From Acidobacteriota bacterium (GTDB taxonomy: Bacteria > Acidobacteriota > UBA890 > WLXD01), in the NCBI GenBank assembly GCA_965248695.1, contig CBDFKD010000002.1, positions 5,120,001 through 5,184,000 of the forward strand: a stretch of 64,000 bases of DNA, in the 5' to 3' direction. The notes under the pieces are model-generated. The model saw nothing but the letters and a program-made list of their open reading frames with translations. It was not told where the DNA came from and made no database searches. Of this stretch, positions 29,451 through 39,002 are shown piece by piece (positions within the stretch are counted from its first letter, which is position 1; each line of letters begins with the position of its first letter). The position numbers were made by a program, and so were the translations under genes.

Positions 29451-31649
29451 TCAATCGGTGGGCTCGAAGAATGACACGGCGATCTCGTCGGCGAGGGCGC
29501 TCGGATCTCGTCCCGCCAGGTTGGTCAACACGATGACCGTCAGGCGGATCTCCGGATAGCGAAGGATGACGGTGCGGAAGCCCACCCAGGATCCTCCGTG
29601 CGAGATGCGCCGATGCCCACGGTGGGAATCGACGCCCCATCCGAACCCATAGCCGAACGTACTGCCGTCGTTCAGGACTCCCGAGGTAAACGCCTCGTCC
29701 AGTGACGTTTGACTGACCAGCTGATCGGTGTACAGAGCCTGATCCCAGCGAAGCAGATCTTCAACGGTTGAGAAGACGCCGCCGGCGCCGACGATGGAGT
29801 TCAGCATGTGATCGTCGTTGATCTCGAACTCGTCGCCGGCGCGGGAGTGGCCGAGGGCGCGGTTGTCGATCTGCGGCACCGTGTCGCCCGGTTGCGGTGG
29901 CCAGCTGCCGGCGTAGTCAGGAACGAACGATCGGGTCATTCCGAGCGGCGAGAAGATGCGCGCGTCGACGAACTCGCGGAACGATTGGCCCGAAACCCGC
30001 GCCACCAGGGCCGCGAGGGTGTCGTATCCCGGATTGCTGTATTGGTATCGGTCTCCCGGCGCAAACTGCGCTTCTCCCCAGTCGACGAACAACGAAACGG
30101 CTTCTTCATTGCCGGGTCGCTTTCCGGCGAAGCGCTGCTCGAGCTCGTCGTAGTACTCCGGGAGTCCGCCCGTGTGGACCAGGAGGTGACGGATGGTGAT
30201 GTCCGGGAATCGGCGCAGTGCGGGCAGATGCTCGGCCACTGCGTCGTCCAGGCCGATCTCGCCGTCCTCGGCCAGCATCATGACCGCCATCGAGACGAAC
30301 TGTTTCGACACGGAGCCGAGCCGGAAGTTCGTGTCGGCGTCGATCGGCGCGCCTGTTGCCACGTCAGCGAGCCCGTAGCCACCGCTGTAAAGAACCTCAC
30401 CGTTGCGCGCCACGAGGACGGACGCTCCAGGTTGGTCGCCCCGGTCCATGAAGCCCAGGACGTTGTCGACCCGCTCCTCCGCAAAAAGCGGATCGAGGTA
30501 AATGTCCGTGATCGGATCGATGAACTCACCGCTGTCGAAATCGGCGCGGTTGGACAGCAGAACGATGCTGAACTGGGCGTCCGGATGGCGGGCTATGGCG
30601 GTGCGGAAGCCGACCCAGCTGCCGCCGTGAGAGATGCGGCGGTGGCCCTGATACGCATCGATCCGCCAGCCGAACCCGTATCCGATGTCTTCGAAGCGGT
30701 TGTTGTGGGCCGGCGTAAACGCCGCCTTCAGCGTCGCGTGGCTCACCAGTTGCTCGGTGTAGAGCGCCTGATCCCACCGGTACATGTCCTGCAAGCTGGC
30801 GTAGATACCGCCCGCGCCCATCATGTAGTTCATGAGGTGGTCGTCGTTGAGCTCGAAGTCGTCGCCGGCGGGTGAGTACCCGAATGCCCGGTTCGGGATT
30901 ACCTTGCCCGGATCGTCCCAGGCGATCGCGCCGTGCATCTCGAGGGGATCGAAGATGTTGCTTGCCACGAAGTCGGCGAATGGCTCGGCTGCCACTCGCT
31001 GCACGATGAGGGCCAGCACCTCGTAGCCCGTATTGCTGTACTCGTAGCGCTCTCCCGGCTCGAAAACCGGCTTTCCCCAGTCTGGCCAGACCTCGGCACC
31101 GTCCTCGTTGTTCGGCGGCCGACCGACGACGTGTTCCTCGAGCGCCGGATAGTAGTTCGGTAGTCCACCGGTGTGGTTCATGAGGTTGCGGACGGTGATC
31201 TCATCGCCATACCGCGCCGAAATCTCCGGCACGTACTTGGAAACCGGATCGTCGTAGTCGAGCAACCCACGCTCCGCCAGCAGCATGGCGGTCATACAGA
31301 CGAATTGCTTGGTGACGGAACCCAGCCGTACGGAGGTGTCGGGCGCCAGGGCGACCTGATCGGCGACATCGGCATAGCCGTATCCCGCCTCGTGCACCAC
31401 CTCGCCATTGTGAATCACCATGGCCGCCACGCCGGGCTGGACACCGTCCGTGAATCGAGCGAACAACGCGTCGACGCGCGCCGATCGATCGGCATCCGTT
31501 TCGGCCACCGGCACGTTGGCAACACAGCCGGTTGCCAGGACGACCGCCGCGGCTACGGAAAGGGCGCTGTACAGCGCCCGCCCGGCCGCATCAGGCGCGG
31601 AGGCGGCGGCGGCGAAGCGCCGCGTACTCGTGTTCTCGGCGTTGGTCAT
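29451..31649 (-). CDS. lipoprotein serine hydrolase with two tandem beta-lactamase-like domains
   Basis: Lipobox-like LATGC; LGSVTK...YSNTGY...HGGSW and LGSVSK...YSNPGY...HGGSW. Confidence 0.88.
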   Translation of the reverse strand: MTNAENTSTRRFAAAASAPDAAGRALYSALSVAAAVVLATGCVANVPVAETDADRSARVDALFARFTDGVQPGVAAMVIHNGEVVHEAGYGYADVADQVALAPDTSVRLGSVTKQFVCMTAMLLAERGLLDYDDPVSKYVPEISARYGDEITVRNLMNHTGGLPNYYPALEEHVVGRPPNNEDGAEVWPDWGKPVFEPGERYEYSNTGYEVLALIVQRVAAEPFADFVASNIFDPLEMHGAIAWDDPGKVIPNRAFGYSPAGDDFELNDDHLMNYMMGAGGIYASLQDMYRWDQALYTEQLVSHATLKAAFTPAHNNRFEDIGYGFGWRIDAYQGHRRISHGGSWVGFRTAIARHPDAQFSIVLLSNRADFDSGEFIDPITDIYLDPLFAEERVDNVLGFMDRGDQPGASVLVARNGEVLYSGGYGLADVATGAPIDADTNFRLGSVSKQFVSMAVMMLAEDGEIGLDDAVAEHLPALRRFPDITIRHLLVHTGGLPEYYDELEQRFAGKRPGNEEAVSLFVDWGEAQFAPGDRYQYSNPGYDTLAALVARVSGQSFREFVDARIFSPLGMTRSFVPDYAGSWPPQPGDTVPQIDNRALGHSRAGDEFEINDDHMLNSIVGAGGVFSTVEDLLRWDQALYTDQLVSQTSLDEAFTSGVLNDGSTFGYGFGWGVDSHRGHRRISHGGSWVGFRTVILRYPEIRLTVIVLTNLAGRDPSALADEIAVSFFEPTD

Positions 31650-31666
31650 GGCACTGCTCCTGGTCG

Positions 31667-32176
31667 TCAGATGTCCTTCGCCAGACACACGCTGAGTGCC
31701 GACGTAGAGTATTCGCCGAACCGGGCGACGCGTCGGAAGCCGACGCGCTCATACAGCGCCAGGGCGGCATCTTGGCGTTCGCCGGTCTCCAGCAGGATCC
31801 GACCGACGGCCAGATCGTGCGCTTTTGCCTCGAGCGCACGCAGCAGCTGGCGACCGATCCCACGGCCGCGCGCGTCGTCCGACACGTACATTCGCTTGAT
31901 CTCGGCCGTACCGGCGTCGAGTCTGCGAATGGAGCCACAGCCGACCGGCCGCTCCGCGGCGTATGCCACGAACAGCGCGCCGCGGCCTGCTGCGATCTCT
32001 TCCGCGTTGAGCCGGAAGTGGGTGGTCCCCTCCTCCGGATATCGTTCCATGATCTCGGCATTCAGCGCCGCGAACAGCTCCTGTACTGCCGGTGAGTCGA
32101 GGTTCTCCCTGCGGAGATCAATCTCCGCGTCGCTCGAGTCGGTAAGTCGATTCTGTGGCATGTCGAGCTCGAGCAA
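31667..32176 (-). CDS. GNAT N-acetyltransferase
   Basis: AEIKRMYV, ARGRGIG, LETGERQ, LYERVGF. Confidence 0.9.
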   Translation of the reverse strand: MLELDMPQNRLTDSSDAEIDLRRENLDSPAVQELFAALNAEIMERYPEEGTTHFRLNAEEIAAGRGALFVAYAAERPVGCGSIRRLDAGTAEIKRMYVSDDARGRGIGRQLLRALEAKAHDLAVGRILLETGERQDAALALYERVGFRRVARFGEYSTSALSVCLAKDI

Positions 32177-32185
32177 CGGTCCCGT

Positions 32186-33835
32186 CTACTCCGGGAGCGC
32201 GAAGGTAAGCAGCGAGTTATGTACCGCCATGCTGATGAACTGGCGACCGCCGACGCTATAAGTCATGGGCGCCGCGTGCGCGGTTCCACCGGCACTGAGC
32301 TGCCACAGCACATCGCCGTTGCGGTCATCAAGCGCGAACAGGTAGCCGTCGACCGTACCGGTGAACAGGAATCCTCCGGCCGTTGTGAGGAGTCCCGCCC
32401 CGAAGGCTATCGACGGAGTGATCGGATATTCCCAACGCAGGTCGCCCGTCAGCGGATCGAGGGCACGAATCGCGGCGCTGAAGTTCTCCAGGTGGTCGGC
32501 GGGCTCTCCACTGCCGCCGTAGTACAGGTCGCCTTCGGAATACTCCTCGTCGCGCTTGAAATAGATATCCGCACCGTCGAACGCCCGCACATAGAACAAG
32601 CCCGACGAGCGGCTATAGCTCGGCGACCACCAGTTGGTGCCGCCATACATCCCCGGGTAGACGACCACCCCTTCCTCACTGGGCTCAAGGCCGGGAATGA
32701 CGATCGGACGTCCGTTCTCGGCGATGCCCGATGCCCAAGTCTGCTGAGCGTAGGGCTTGGCTCGCAGGAACTCGCCTGTTTCGCGGTCGAGGACGTAGTA
32801 GAAGGTGTTGCGATTGGCCGTCAGGAGCAACTTGCGCTCACGACCGTCGATGGTGATATCCGCTAGCACCATCGTCTGGTTGGCGTCCCAATCATGCGTG
32901 TCGTGAGGCGTGAACTGGTAGTGCCATCGGAGCTCGCCGGTGTCCGGATCGAGCGCCACGACACTGTCGGCGTAGAGGTTGTCTCCCGGTCGCACGTCGC
33001 CGTTCCAGTCGGGGCTCGGGTTGCCCGTGCCCCAGTACGTCAGGTCGAGCTCGGGGTCGTATGAGCCGGTCAGCCATGTTGGCGCGCCGCCACGCTTCCA
33101 TGAGTCACCGCCCCAAGAGTCGTTGCCGGGCTCGCCTTCGCCGGGGATGGTGTAGAAGCGCCATAGGCGTTCGCCGGTGGCGGCGTCGTAGGCGTCGAGG
33201 AATCCGCGAATACCGTATTCGCCGCCGGCCACGCCGGTCAGGACCTTGTCTTTGATGATCAGCGGGGCCGCGGTGATGCTGTAGCCGGAGTCAGGACTGG
33301 CGACCTCGGCATTCCAGATCACGCTGCCGGTTCGCAAGTCCAGCGCCAACAGTCGCCCGTCGACGGTGCCGACGTAGACGCGATCACCGAGAATGGCCAC
33401 GCCGCGATTGTTCTCTCCGCAGCAAAGCCTCATCCGCCCGGACACCGGGTGCGTGTACTTCCAGTACTGTCGTCCCGTGGCGGCGTCAAGAGCGATGACG
33501 TTGCTCGGTGATTCGGTGATCACCATGAGTCCGTCGGCGACAACCGGCTGCGTCTCGACGGTCGACAGCGTACGAAACTGATGGATCCACTCGACGCGCA
33601 TGCGGTCGATGTTGTTGCGGTCGATCTGGGCGAGCTCGCTGTACTGGTTGCTCGCATAGGAGCCCGTGTACGTGAGCCAGTTGTGCGGCTCCTCGGCCGC
33701 CCGCATGAGTCTCTCTGCGGTGACCGGGGCGCTTCCCGGTGCCTGGGGTCCGGTCGCCGCCACCTTTTCAGGCAGGGTGGCTCCGAGCGCTGCCACGCCG
33801 AGCAGCAGGAACAGGGCCATGGCTCGGCCTCTCAT
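32186..33835 (-). CDS. PQQ-dependent alcohol dehydrogenase (methanol/ethanol family)
   Basis: Signal peptide from ATG 33835; vicinal CC (LCCGENNRG), GVAGGEYGIRG, WGTGNP, PHDTHDWD, GGTNW. Confidence 0.88.
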   Translation of the reverse strand: MRGRAMALFLLLGVAALGATLPEKVAATGPQAPGSAPVTAERLMRAAEEPHNWLTYTGSYASNQYSELAQIDRNNIDRMRVEWIHQFRTLSTVETQPVVADGLMVITESPSNVIALDAATGRQYWKYTHPVSGRMRLCCGENNRGVAILGDRVYVGTVDGRLLALDLRTGSVIWNAEVASPDSGYSITAAPLIIKDKVLTGVAGGEYGIRGFLDAYDAATGERLWRFYTIPGEGEPGNDSWGGDSWKRGGAPTWLTGSYDPELDLTYWGTGNPSPDWNGDVRPGDNLYADSVVALDPDTGELRWHYQFTPHDTHDWDANQTMVLADITIDGRERKLLLTANRNTFYYVLDRETGEFLRAKPYAQQTWASGIAENGRPIVIPGLEPSEEGVVVYPGMYGGTNWWSPSYSRSSGLFYVRAFDGADIYFKRDEEYSEGDLYYGGSGEPADHLENFSAAIRALDPLTGDLRWEYPITPSIAFGAGLLTTAGGFLFTGTVDGYLFALDDRNGDVLWQLSAGGTAHAAPMTYSVGGRQFISMAVHNSLLTFALPE

Positions 33836-34614
33836 GGCCTGCTCTCCGTTCCGGCGAGTCTGGACAGGTAGGCGATGAGGTCGGTGATCTCGTCTTCGCT
33901 CAAGAGTTCCCCGAAGGCTGGCATCAGCGAGTCGACCCGTCGGTCGATGCGCCGTAGGTTTCGCTTGCGGAAAGCGCGCAGGGCGTCGTCGCGGTCGAGA
34001 AGGCGAATGTTGAATTGATCGTCGTCGACAACGTAGCCTGCGACCTCCTCGCCGGCGTCGGTCAACACCACAGCGGGCCACCAGCGCGGTGCCACCTCGG
34101 CGTTGGGCACGACGATCGCTTCGCGCAGGGCGTCGGGCCCGAGGCGCCACCCGACCCAGCTCAGGTCGGGCCCCTGGCGGCCGCCGGCACCGTTTACCAT
34201 ATGGCAGAGGGCGCAGTCAGCCTTGCCGGAGAATAGCTCCCGGCCTTGCCGAGAGTCGCCGGCGACCGTGGGGGCGCCGCTGCTCAAGGACCGCAGATAG
34301 GCGACGATCTGCCACGCGCCCTTGTCGCTGATGCCGTTGAACGGCATCCCCGGAAGGCCGTACAGGATGATCGAGTGCACCTGGGCGTCGCTGTTTCCGT
34401 TGCGGTAGGGGCGACGGCGGAGGTTGGGTCCTCGACCACCGGTGGCGTTGCCGCCGTGGCAGGAGGAGCAGTTGCGCTGGAACAGCTCTTCGCCGGCCGC
34501 CGCGTCGCTGGCGCTGGCGTAGGGGTTCTGGGCTTCGGCAACGGTGCCCGCCGTGGTCGCGAGCATCAGGGCGGCCGAGAGCACGAGTCGGCGGTGTCGT
34601 GGTATCGGGTTCAT
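33832..34614 (-). CDS. diheme c-type cytochrome
   Basis: Signal peptide; CSSCH and CALCH; 4-nt overlap with the PQQ dehydrogenase start. Confidence 0.9.
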   Translation of the reverse strand: MNPIPRHRRLVLSAALMLATTAGTVAEAQNPYASASDAAAGEELFQRNCSSCHGGNATGGRGPNLRRRPYRNGNSDAQVHSIILYGLPGMPFNGISDKGAWQIVAYLRSLSSGAPTVAGDSRQGRELFSGKADCALCHMVNGAGGRQGPDLSWVGWRLGPDALREAIVVPNAEVAPRWWPAVVLTDAGEEVAGYVVDDDQFNIRLLDRDDALRAFRKRNLRRIDRRVDSLMPAFGELLSEDEITDLIAYLSRLAGTESRP

Positions 34615-34761
34615 GTCAGCGGCCGGGCAGACTTCTTCATGCCCCGTCTCCTCGAATCGCTAGGTTGACGCGTCGGGTCGATCACGTGATCGTCAAGATC
34701 GACGACTCCGACCGGAGTCTCTCTCGTCGGGTGGCGCCGGCGCAACGGGACGACCGCAACG

Positions 34762-36543
34762 ATGGCATTCAGAGCTGCAGTAGGGACGGCGCTGGCGACT
34801 GGTCTCCTCGGCTGCGCGACGAGTCCGGCACCAAGTCCGGGCGTTGAGATGGGTCTCCGGGTGCCGATGCGGGACGGGGTGACGCTGGCGGCCGACGTGG
34901 CCACGCCCGGTACCCCAGGGCGAGTACCGGCAATCCTGGAGCTGACCCCATATGGCCGAGGCCCGCAGGGAGTCAACTACCGCAACGAAATGGACTACTG
35001 GGTCGAGCAAGGCTATGCCTTCGTGATTGTCGATGCGCGCGGCCAGGGCGATTCCGACGGCACGTTCGAGTTCTTCGCGCGGGAGGGCGAGGACGCGCAC
35101 GACGTGATCGCGTGGATCGGTGAGCAACCGTGGTCGGATGGTCGAGTCGGCATGCGTGGCTCGTCCTATACGGGGGGCAATCAGCTCTACGCGGCGCTGG
35201 AGCAGCCGCCGTACCTGCGGTGCATCACCCCGAGTGCCAGCCCCAAGGGTCCGATGGACGACCTGCCATATCAGAGCGGCGCCTTTCGCTTCGATTGGGC
35301 GCTGAGCTGGCCGACCGCGCTATCGAACTCGGAATTCGAGATGCCTGTCACGCTGGACTGGAACGATCTACTGGATCACCGGCCCCTGAACACCGCCGAC
35401 GAGGCGCTGTTCGGCCGGCCGATGGAGCTGTACAGGCGCTTCCTCGAGCACCCGCAGATGGACGATCACTGGCGGCAGATCCAGATCAGCGACGCCGACT
35501 ATGGCCGCATCGCTGTGCCTTCGCTGTCCTTCACCGGGTGGTTCGATGGCACACTGCCGGGCACGCTGGCCCACTACCGGGGCATGAGAGAGCGCTCGCC
35601 GGCAACCGATGCGCATTTCCTCGTCGTCGGTCCCTGGGAGCACATGACGGCGCCCGACGGCGGCTACTCTTACGTCACCGGTGAGCCGGTCATACAGGTC
35701 GGGGACCTCGAGCTGCCGGCGCACGCATTCCTGCCGGGCCAAGAGATCACGCGACAGTATTTCGATTGGTGCGCCAAGGGCGAAGGTGAGTTCGCAGCGG
35801 CGCCGGTGAAGATCTACCTGACCGGATCACACCGCTGGCTCGAGCTTGCCGACTACCCGCCTCCGGAGATGAGGGTGCAGGCGTTGTACCTGCACAGTGC
35901 CGGGGCCGCCAACGGAATCAACGGGGACGGCGCTCTACGCTGGCACCAGGCCGGCGCGCTCCCGACCGACGAGTTTGTCTACGATCCGCTGCACCCGTTT
36001 CCGTCGAGCATCCGTCGCGAAGATGGCAGCTGGCATAGCCTGGGCTCCCAGCCGGTCGATATCAGCGACCTGCTCGATCGACCCGACGTGCTGACCTACG
36101 CTACCGAGCCGCTGACCGAGCCGCTTTCGATCGCCGGCAACGTGTCGCTGGTGCTCTGGGCGTCATCAGACGCTCCCGACACCGATTTCGTCAGCCTGAT
36201 CGAGGACATCGCCCCGGATGGCAGTGCCGTGAAGCTCGGAGCCAAGTTCGGTGGCCATGTACGCGCGCGGTTTCGAAATGGCTACGAGAAGGCGGAATTC
36301 CTGACGCCGCGCCAGCCCGTGGAGCTCCGCATCGACTATTCGGACATCGGCCATACCTTCTTGAGCGGGCATCGCATCCGCATCACTGTTACCGGCAGCG
36401 CCTACCCGTGGATCTTCCCTAATCCGAACACCGGCAACCCGATCGCCACCGATACCCAACCGCCGCGGCTGGCGCGACAGCGCATCTACCACGACGAGCG
36501 GTATGGATCGCGACTGCTGCTACCGACCATCCCACAGGAGTGA
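34762..36543 (+). CDS. CocE/NonD family serine hydrolase (lipoprotein)
   Basis: LLGC lipobox; VPMRDGVTL, ELTPYG, GSSYTG, GWFD, GPWEH, GHRIRITV, PNPNTG. Confidence 0.9.
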   Translation: MAFRAAVGTALATGLLGCATSPAPSPGVEMGLRVPMRDGVTLAADVATPGTPGRVPAILELTPYGRGPQGVNYRNEMDYWVEQGYAFVIVDARGQGDSDGTFEFFAREGEDAHDVIAWIGEQPWSDGRVGMRGSSYTGGNQLYAALEQPPYLRCITPSASPKGPMDDLPYQSGAFRFDWALSWPTALSNSEFEMPVTLDWNDLLDHRPLNTADEALFGRPMELYRRFLEHPQMDDHWRQIQISDADYGRIAVPSLSFTGWFDGTLPGTLAHYRGMRERSPATDAHFLVVGPWEHMTAPDGGYSYVTGEPVIQVGDLELPAHAFLPGQEITRQYFDWCAKGEGEFAAAPVKIYLTGSHRWLELADYPPPEMRVQALYLHSAGAANGINGDGALRWHQAGALPTDEFVYDPLHPFPSSIRREDGSWHSLGSQPVDISDLLDRPDVLTYATEPLTEPLSIAGNVSLVLWASSDAPDTDFVSLIEDIAPDGSAVKLGAKFGGHVRARFRNGYEKAEFLTPRQPVELRIDYSDIGHTFLSGHRIRITVTGSAYPWIFPNPNTGNPIATDTQPPRLARQRIYHDERYGSRLLLPTIPQE

Positions 36544-36546
36544 GCG

Positions 36547-38286
36547 TTGGGTACGACATCGACTGGGTCTCCGGCGCTGAGCAGCGTCTTCCTGGCGGCG
36601 GTGAGCTTGCTGGTTGGCGCCATCGGTTGTTCATCCGGCGAACCCGGCAATCCGCCCGCAGACCTCGTGCTCAGGGGCGGCCAGATCTACACCGTTGATG
36701 CACAGCGCTCGTGGGCGCAGGCGGTGGCGGTCAGAGGCGGCGAAATCGCCTACGTCGGCTCGGATGACGGCGCCGACGGACATATTGGCGACGACACGCG
36801 TGTCGTCGAGTTGGGTGGACGCATGGTGCTGCCAGCATTCCAGGATGCCCATATCCACCCGATATACGGTGGACTGGAGGCCCTGGCGGTCAGTCTCAAC
36901 ACGCTGAGCACGATCGAGGGGTACGTAGACGCCATCGCGGAGTATGCGGCGGAGAATCCGGATGAGCCCTGGATTCTGGGCGGCGGCTGGTCGATGGCGG
37001 TGTTTGGCGTCGGTGCCCTGGCCCGCAAGGAGCTGATCGACGCCGTCGTGTCTGATCGGCCCGTCTACTTGGTCTCGGCGGACGGGCACACCGGGTGGGC
37101 CAATTCGAGGGCGCTTGATGTTGCTGGGCTGACGGCCGCGACGCCGGATCCTCCAGGCGGTCGCGTCGATCGCGATCCGAGCACCGGCGAAGCGATCGGC
37201 AGCCTGCAGGAGGGGGCGATGGATCTGGTCACGGAGCACGTGCCCGCGGCATCACTGGAGACTCGGTTGGCCAGCCTCCGCTACGCCGTCGACATGTTAA
37301 ATGGCTACGGCATCACGTCGATCCAAGAAGCAATGGCCAATCGGCCAGATCTCGAGGCCTACCGGGAGCTTGACCAACTAGGCGAGCTGTCCGTGCGGGT
37401 CGTCGCCTCGCTGTGGTGGGATCGCAACAGGGGCCAGGAACAGATCGACGGATTGCGCCGTCTTCGAGAGGAGTTCACCGGCGGGCGCGTGCGCGCAACG
37501 ACGGTCAAGATCATGCAGGACGGCGTCATGGAGAACTTCACCGCTGCACTTCTACAGCCCTATCTGAATGAGGGCGAAACGCGCGGTATGCCGATGGTGG
37601 AGCCGGAGGCCTTGAAGCTTGCCGTTGCGGCGCTCGACGCCGAGGGATTTCAGGTGCACTTCCACGCTATCGGTGACGCCGCCGTCAGGCATTGCCTCGA
37701 CGCCGTTGAGGCGGCGCGCCTGCAAAACGGCGATCTCGGACATCGGCACCACATCTCGCACCTACAGCTCATTGATCCGGCCGACATTCCGCGGTTCCGG
37801 GAGCTCGATGTCGTCGCCAACTTCCAGCCACTGTGGGCGTCTGCCGGTACCTACATCGATGACCTGACGATCCCGTATCTGGGACCAGAGCGCAGCCAGT
37901 GGCTTTATCCCCTGCGCAGCATTCAAGACGCCGGCGCGATGCTCGCGTTCGGCAGCGACTGGTCCGTGTCGACGGCCAACCCCTTGCCGCAGATCGAAAC
38001 GGCGATCACGCGCATAAGTGCGGTGGGAGGAGCCCACGAGGCGTTCCTGCCTGAGCAGCGGATCGACTTGGCGAGCGCGGTGGCGGCGTTCACCATGGGG
38101 GCCGCCTTCGTGAACCGCATCGAGAGCGAGACCGGCTCGATCGAGCCCGGCAAGCTCGCCGACCTTATCGTGCTCGACCGCAACCTGTTCGAGATCGAGC
38201 CGGCCGAGATTTCGGATGCACGCGTGCTGCTGACCTTGATGGAGGGCGAGCCGGTACACGGCGACCTGTCGGACATCTCGCCATGA
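36547..38286 (+). CDS. amidohydrolase_3 family metallohydrolase (NfdA-like lipoprotein)
   Basis: AIGC lipobox; PAFQDAHIH, DGHTGWANS, HAIGDAA, FGSDW, GSIEPGKLAD. Confidence 0.9.
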   Translation: MGTTSTGSPALSSVFLAAVSLLVGAIGCSSGEPGNPPADLVLRGGQIYTVDAQRSWAQAVAVRGGEIAYVGSDDGADGHIGDDTRVVELGGRMVLPAFQDAHIHPIYGGLEALAVSLNTLSTIEGYVDAIAEYAAENPDEPWILGGGWSMAVFGVGALARKELIDAVVSDRPVYLVSADGHTGWANSRALDVAGLTAATPDPPGGRVDRDPSTGEAIGSLQEGAMDLVTEHVPAASLETRLASLRYAVDMLNGYGITSIQEAMANRPDLEAYRELDQLGELSVRVVASLWWDRNRGQEQIDGLRRLREEFTGGRVRATTVKIMQDGVMENFTAALLQPYLNEGETRGMPMVEPEALKLAVAALDAEGFQVHFHAIGDAAVRHCLDAVEAARLQNGDLGHRHHISHLQLIDPADIPRFRELDVVANFQPLWASAGTYIDDLTIPYLGPERSQWLYPLRSIQDAGAMLAFGSDWSVSTANPLPQIETAITRISAVGGAHEAFLPEQRIDLASAVAAFTMGAAFVNRIESETGSIEPGKLADLIVLDRNLFEIEPAEISDARVLLTLMEGEPVHGDLSDISP

Positions 38287-38389
38287 GAAGCGCCCCACCG
38301 ACCCGATGTTAGTGGCGGTGGGGCGCGATGCTGTCTCTGCTGCTCGTGCGACTGCCGGTGTTCTGGCAGGCTGCTGGTGCTGCGAGGCG

Positions 38390-38770
38390 TCAGTCGCTCG
38401 GCGGCCACTCTCCGTGCTGCGGTAGACCATCGGTGATCTCGAACCACGATGCCTTGTGGTCGACCATGATGTGCGCCGACGGGCGCATGCCGGGATCGTC
38501 GGTCAGCGTGCCGGCCTCGATGAAGTGCTCGCCGTGATAGAGGTTGCCGCCGCAGTTCGAGCAGGAAACACGCGCCGTGAAGGGCTCTTCCTCGTACTTG
38601 TGCACGAGCTCCGCACCCTGTGTGATGCGGAAGTTCTCCGGGGAGACCATCACCACCGTGCCATGCGCGGTGCCGCTGCTGTGCTGGCATCGCGAGCAGT
38701 GGCAATGGACCATCAACTGCGGATCGCTGGCTTCGTACTGCACGCCCCCACAAAGGCACTTACCTTGCAT
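38390..38770 (-). CDS. GFA (glutathione-dependent formaldehyde-activating) family protein
   Basis: GKCLCGGV, HCHCSRCQ, CSNCG, HIMVDHKASW; RBS GGAGGAG. Confidence 0.88.
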   Translation of the reverse strand: MQGKCLCGGVQYEASDPQLMVHCHCSRCQHSSGTAHGTVVMVSPENFRITQGAELVHKYEEEPFTARVSCSNCGGNLYHGEHFIEAGTLTDDPGMRPSAHIMVDHKASWFEITDGLPQHGEWPPSD

Positions 38771-39002
38771 CGTGATGCTCCTCCCTTCGCCGGAGCCGGG
38801 CCGTTACCGGAGGTTGGACTACCGTAGTCAACGGCCCATGCCCACTGGCAGGTATCCATGACGGGCGGACTTTACTGACGGCAATCGGCAAAGACAACCG
38901 AATCCCTGCAGATCCGGGGGAGCCTGACCTGGATCGCCGCCAGGAGCAGCGGCGGTTGACAGCGATCGTAAGGACCGATTGGATCTACGGTTGGAGGCTT
39001 CA

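Noticed and set aside
38824-38836. 13-bp match GTAGTCAACGGCC to the structured repeat (43130-43142)
   Set aside because: No flanking similarity; a match this short is plausible by chance.
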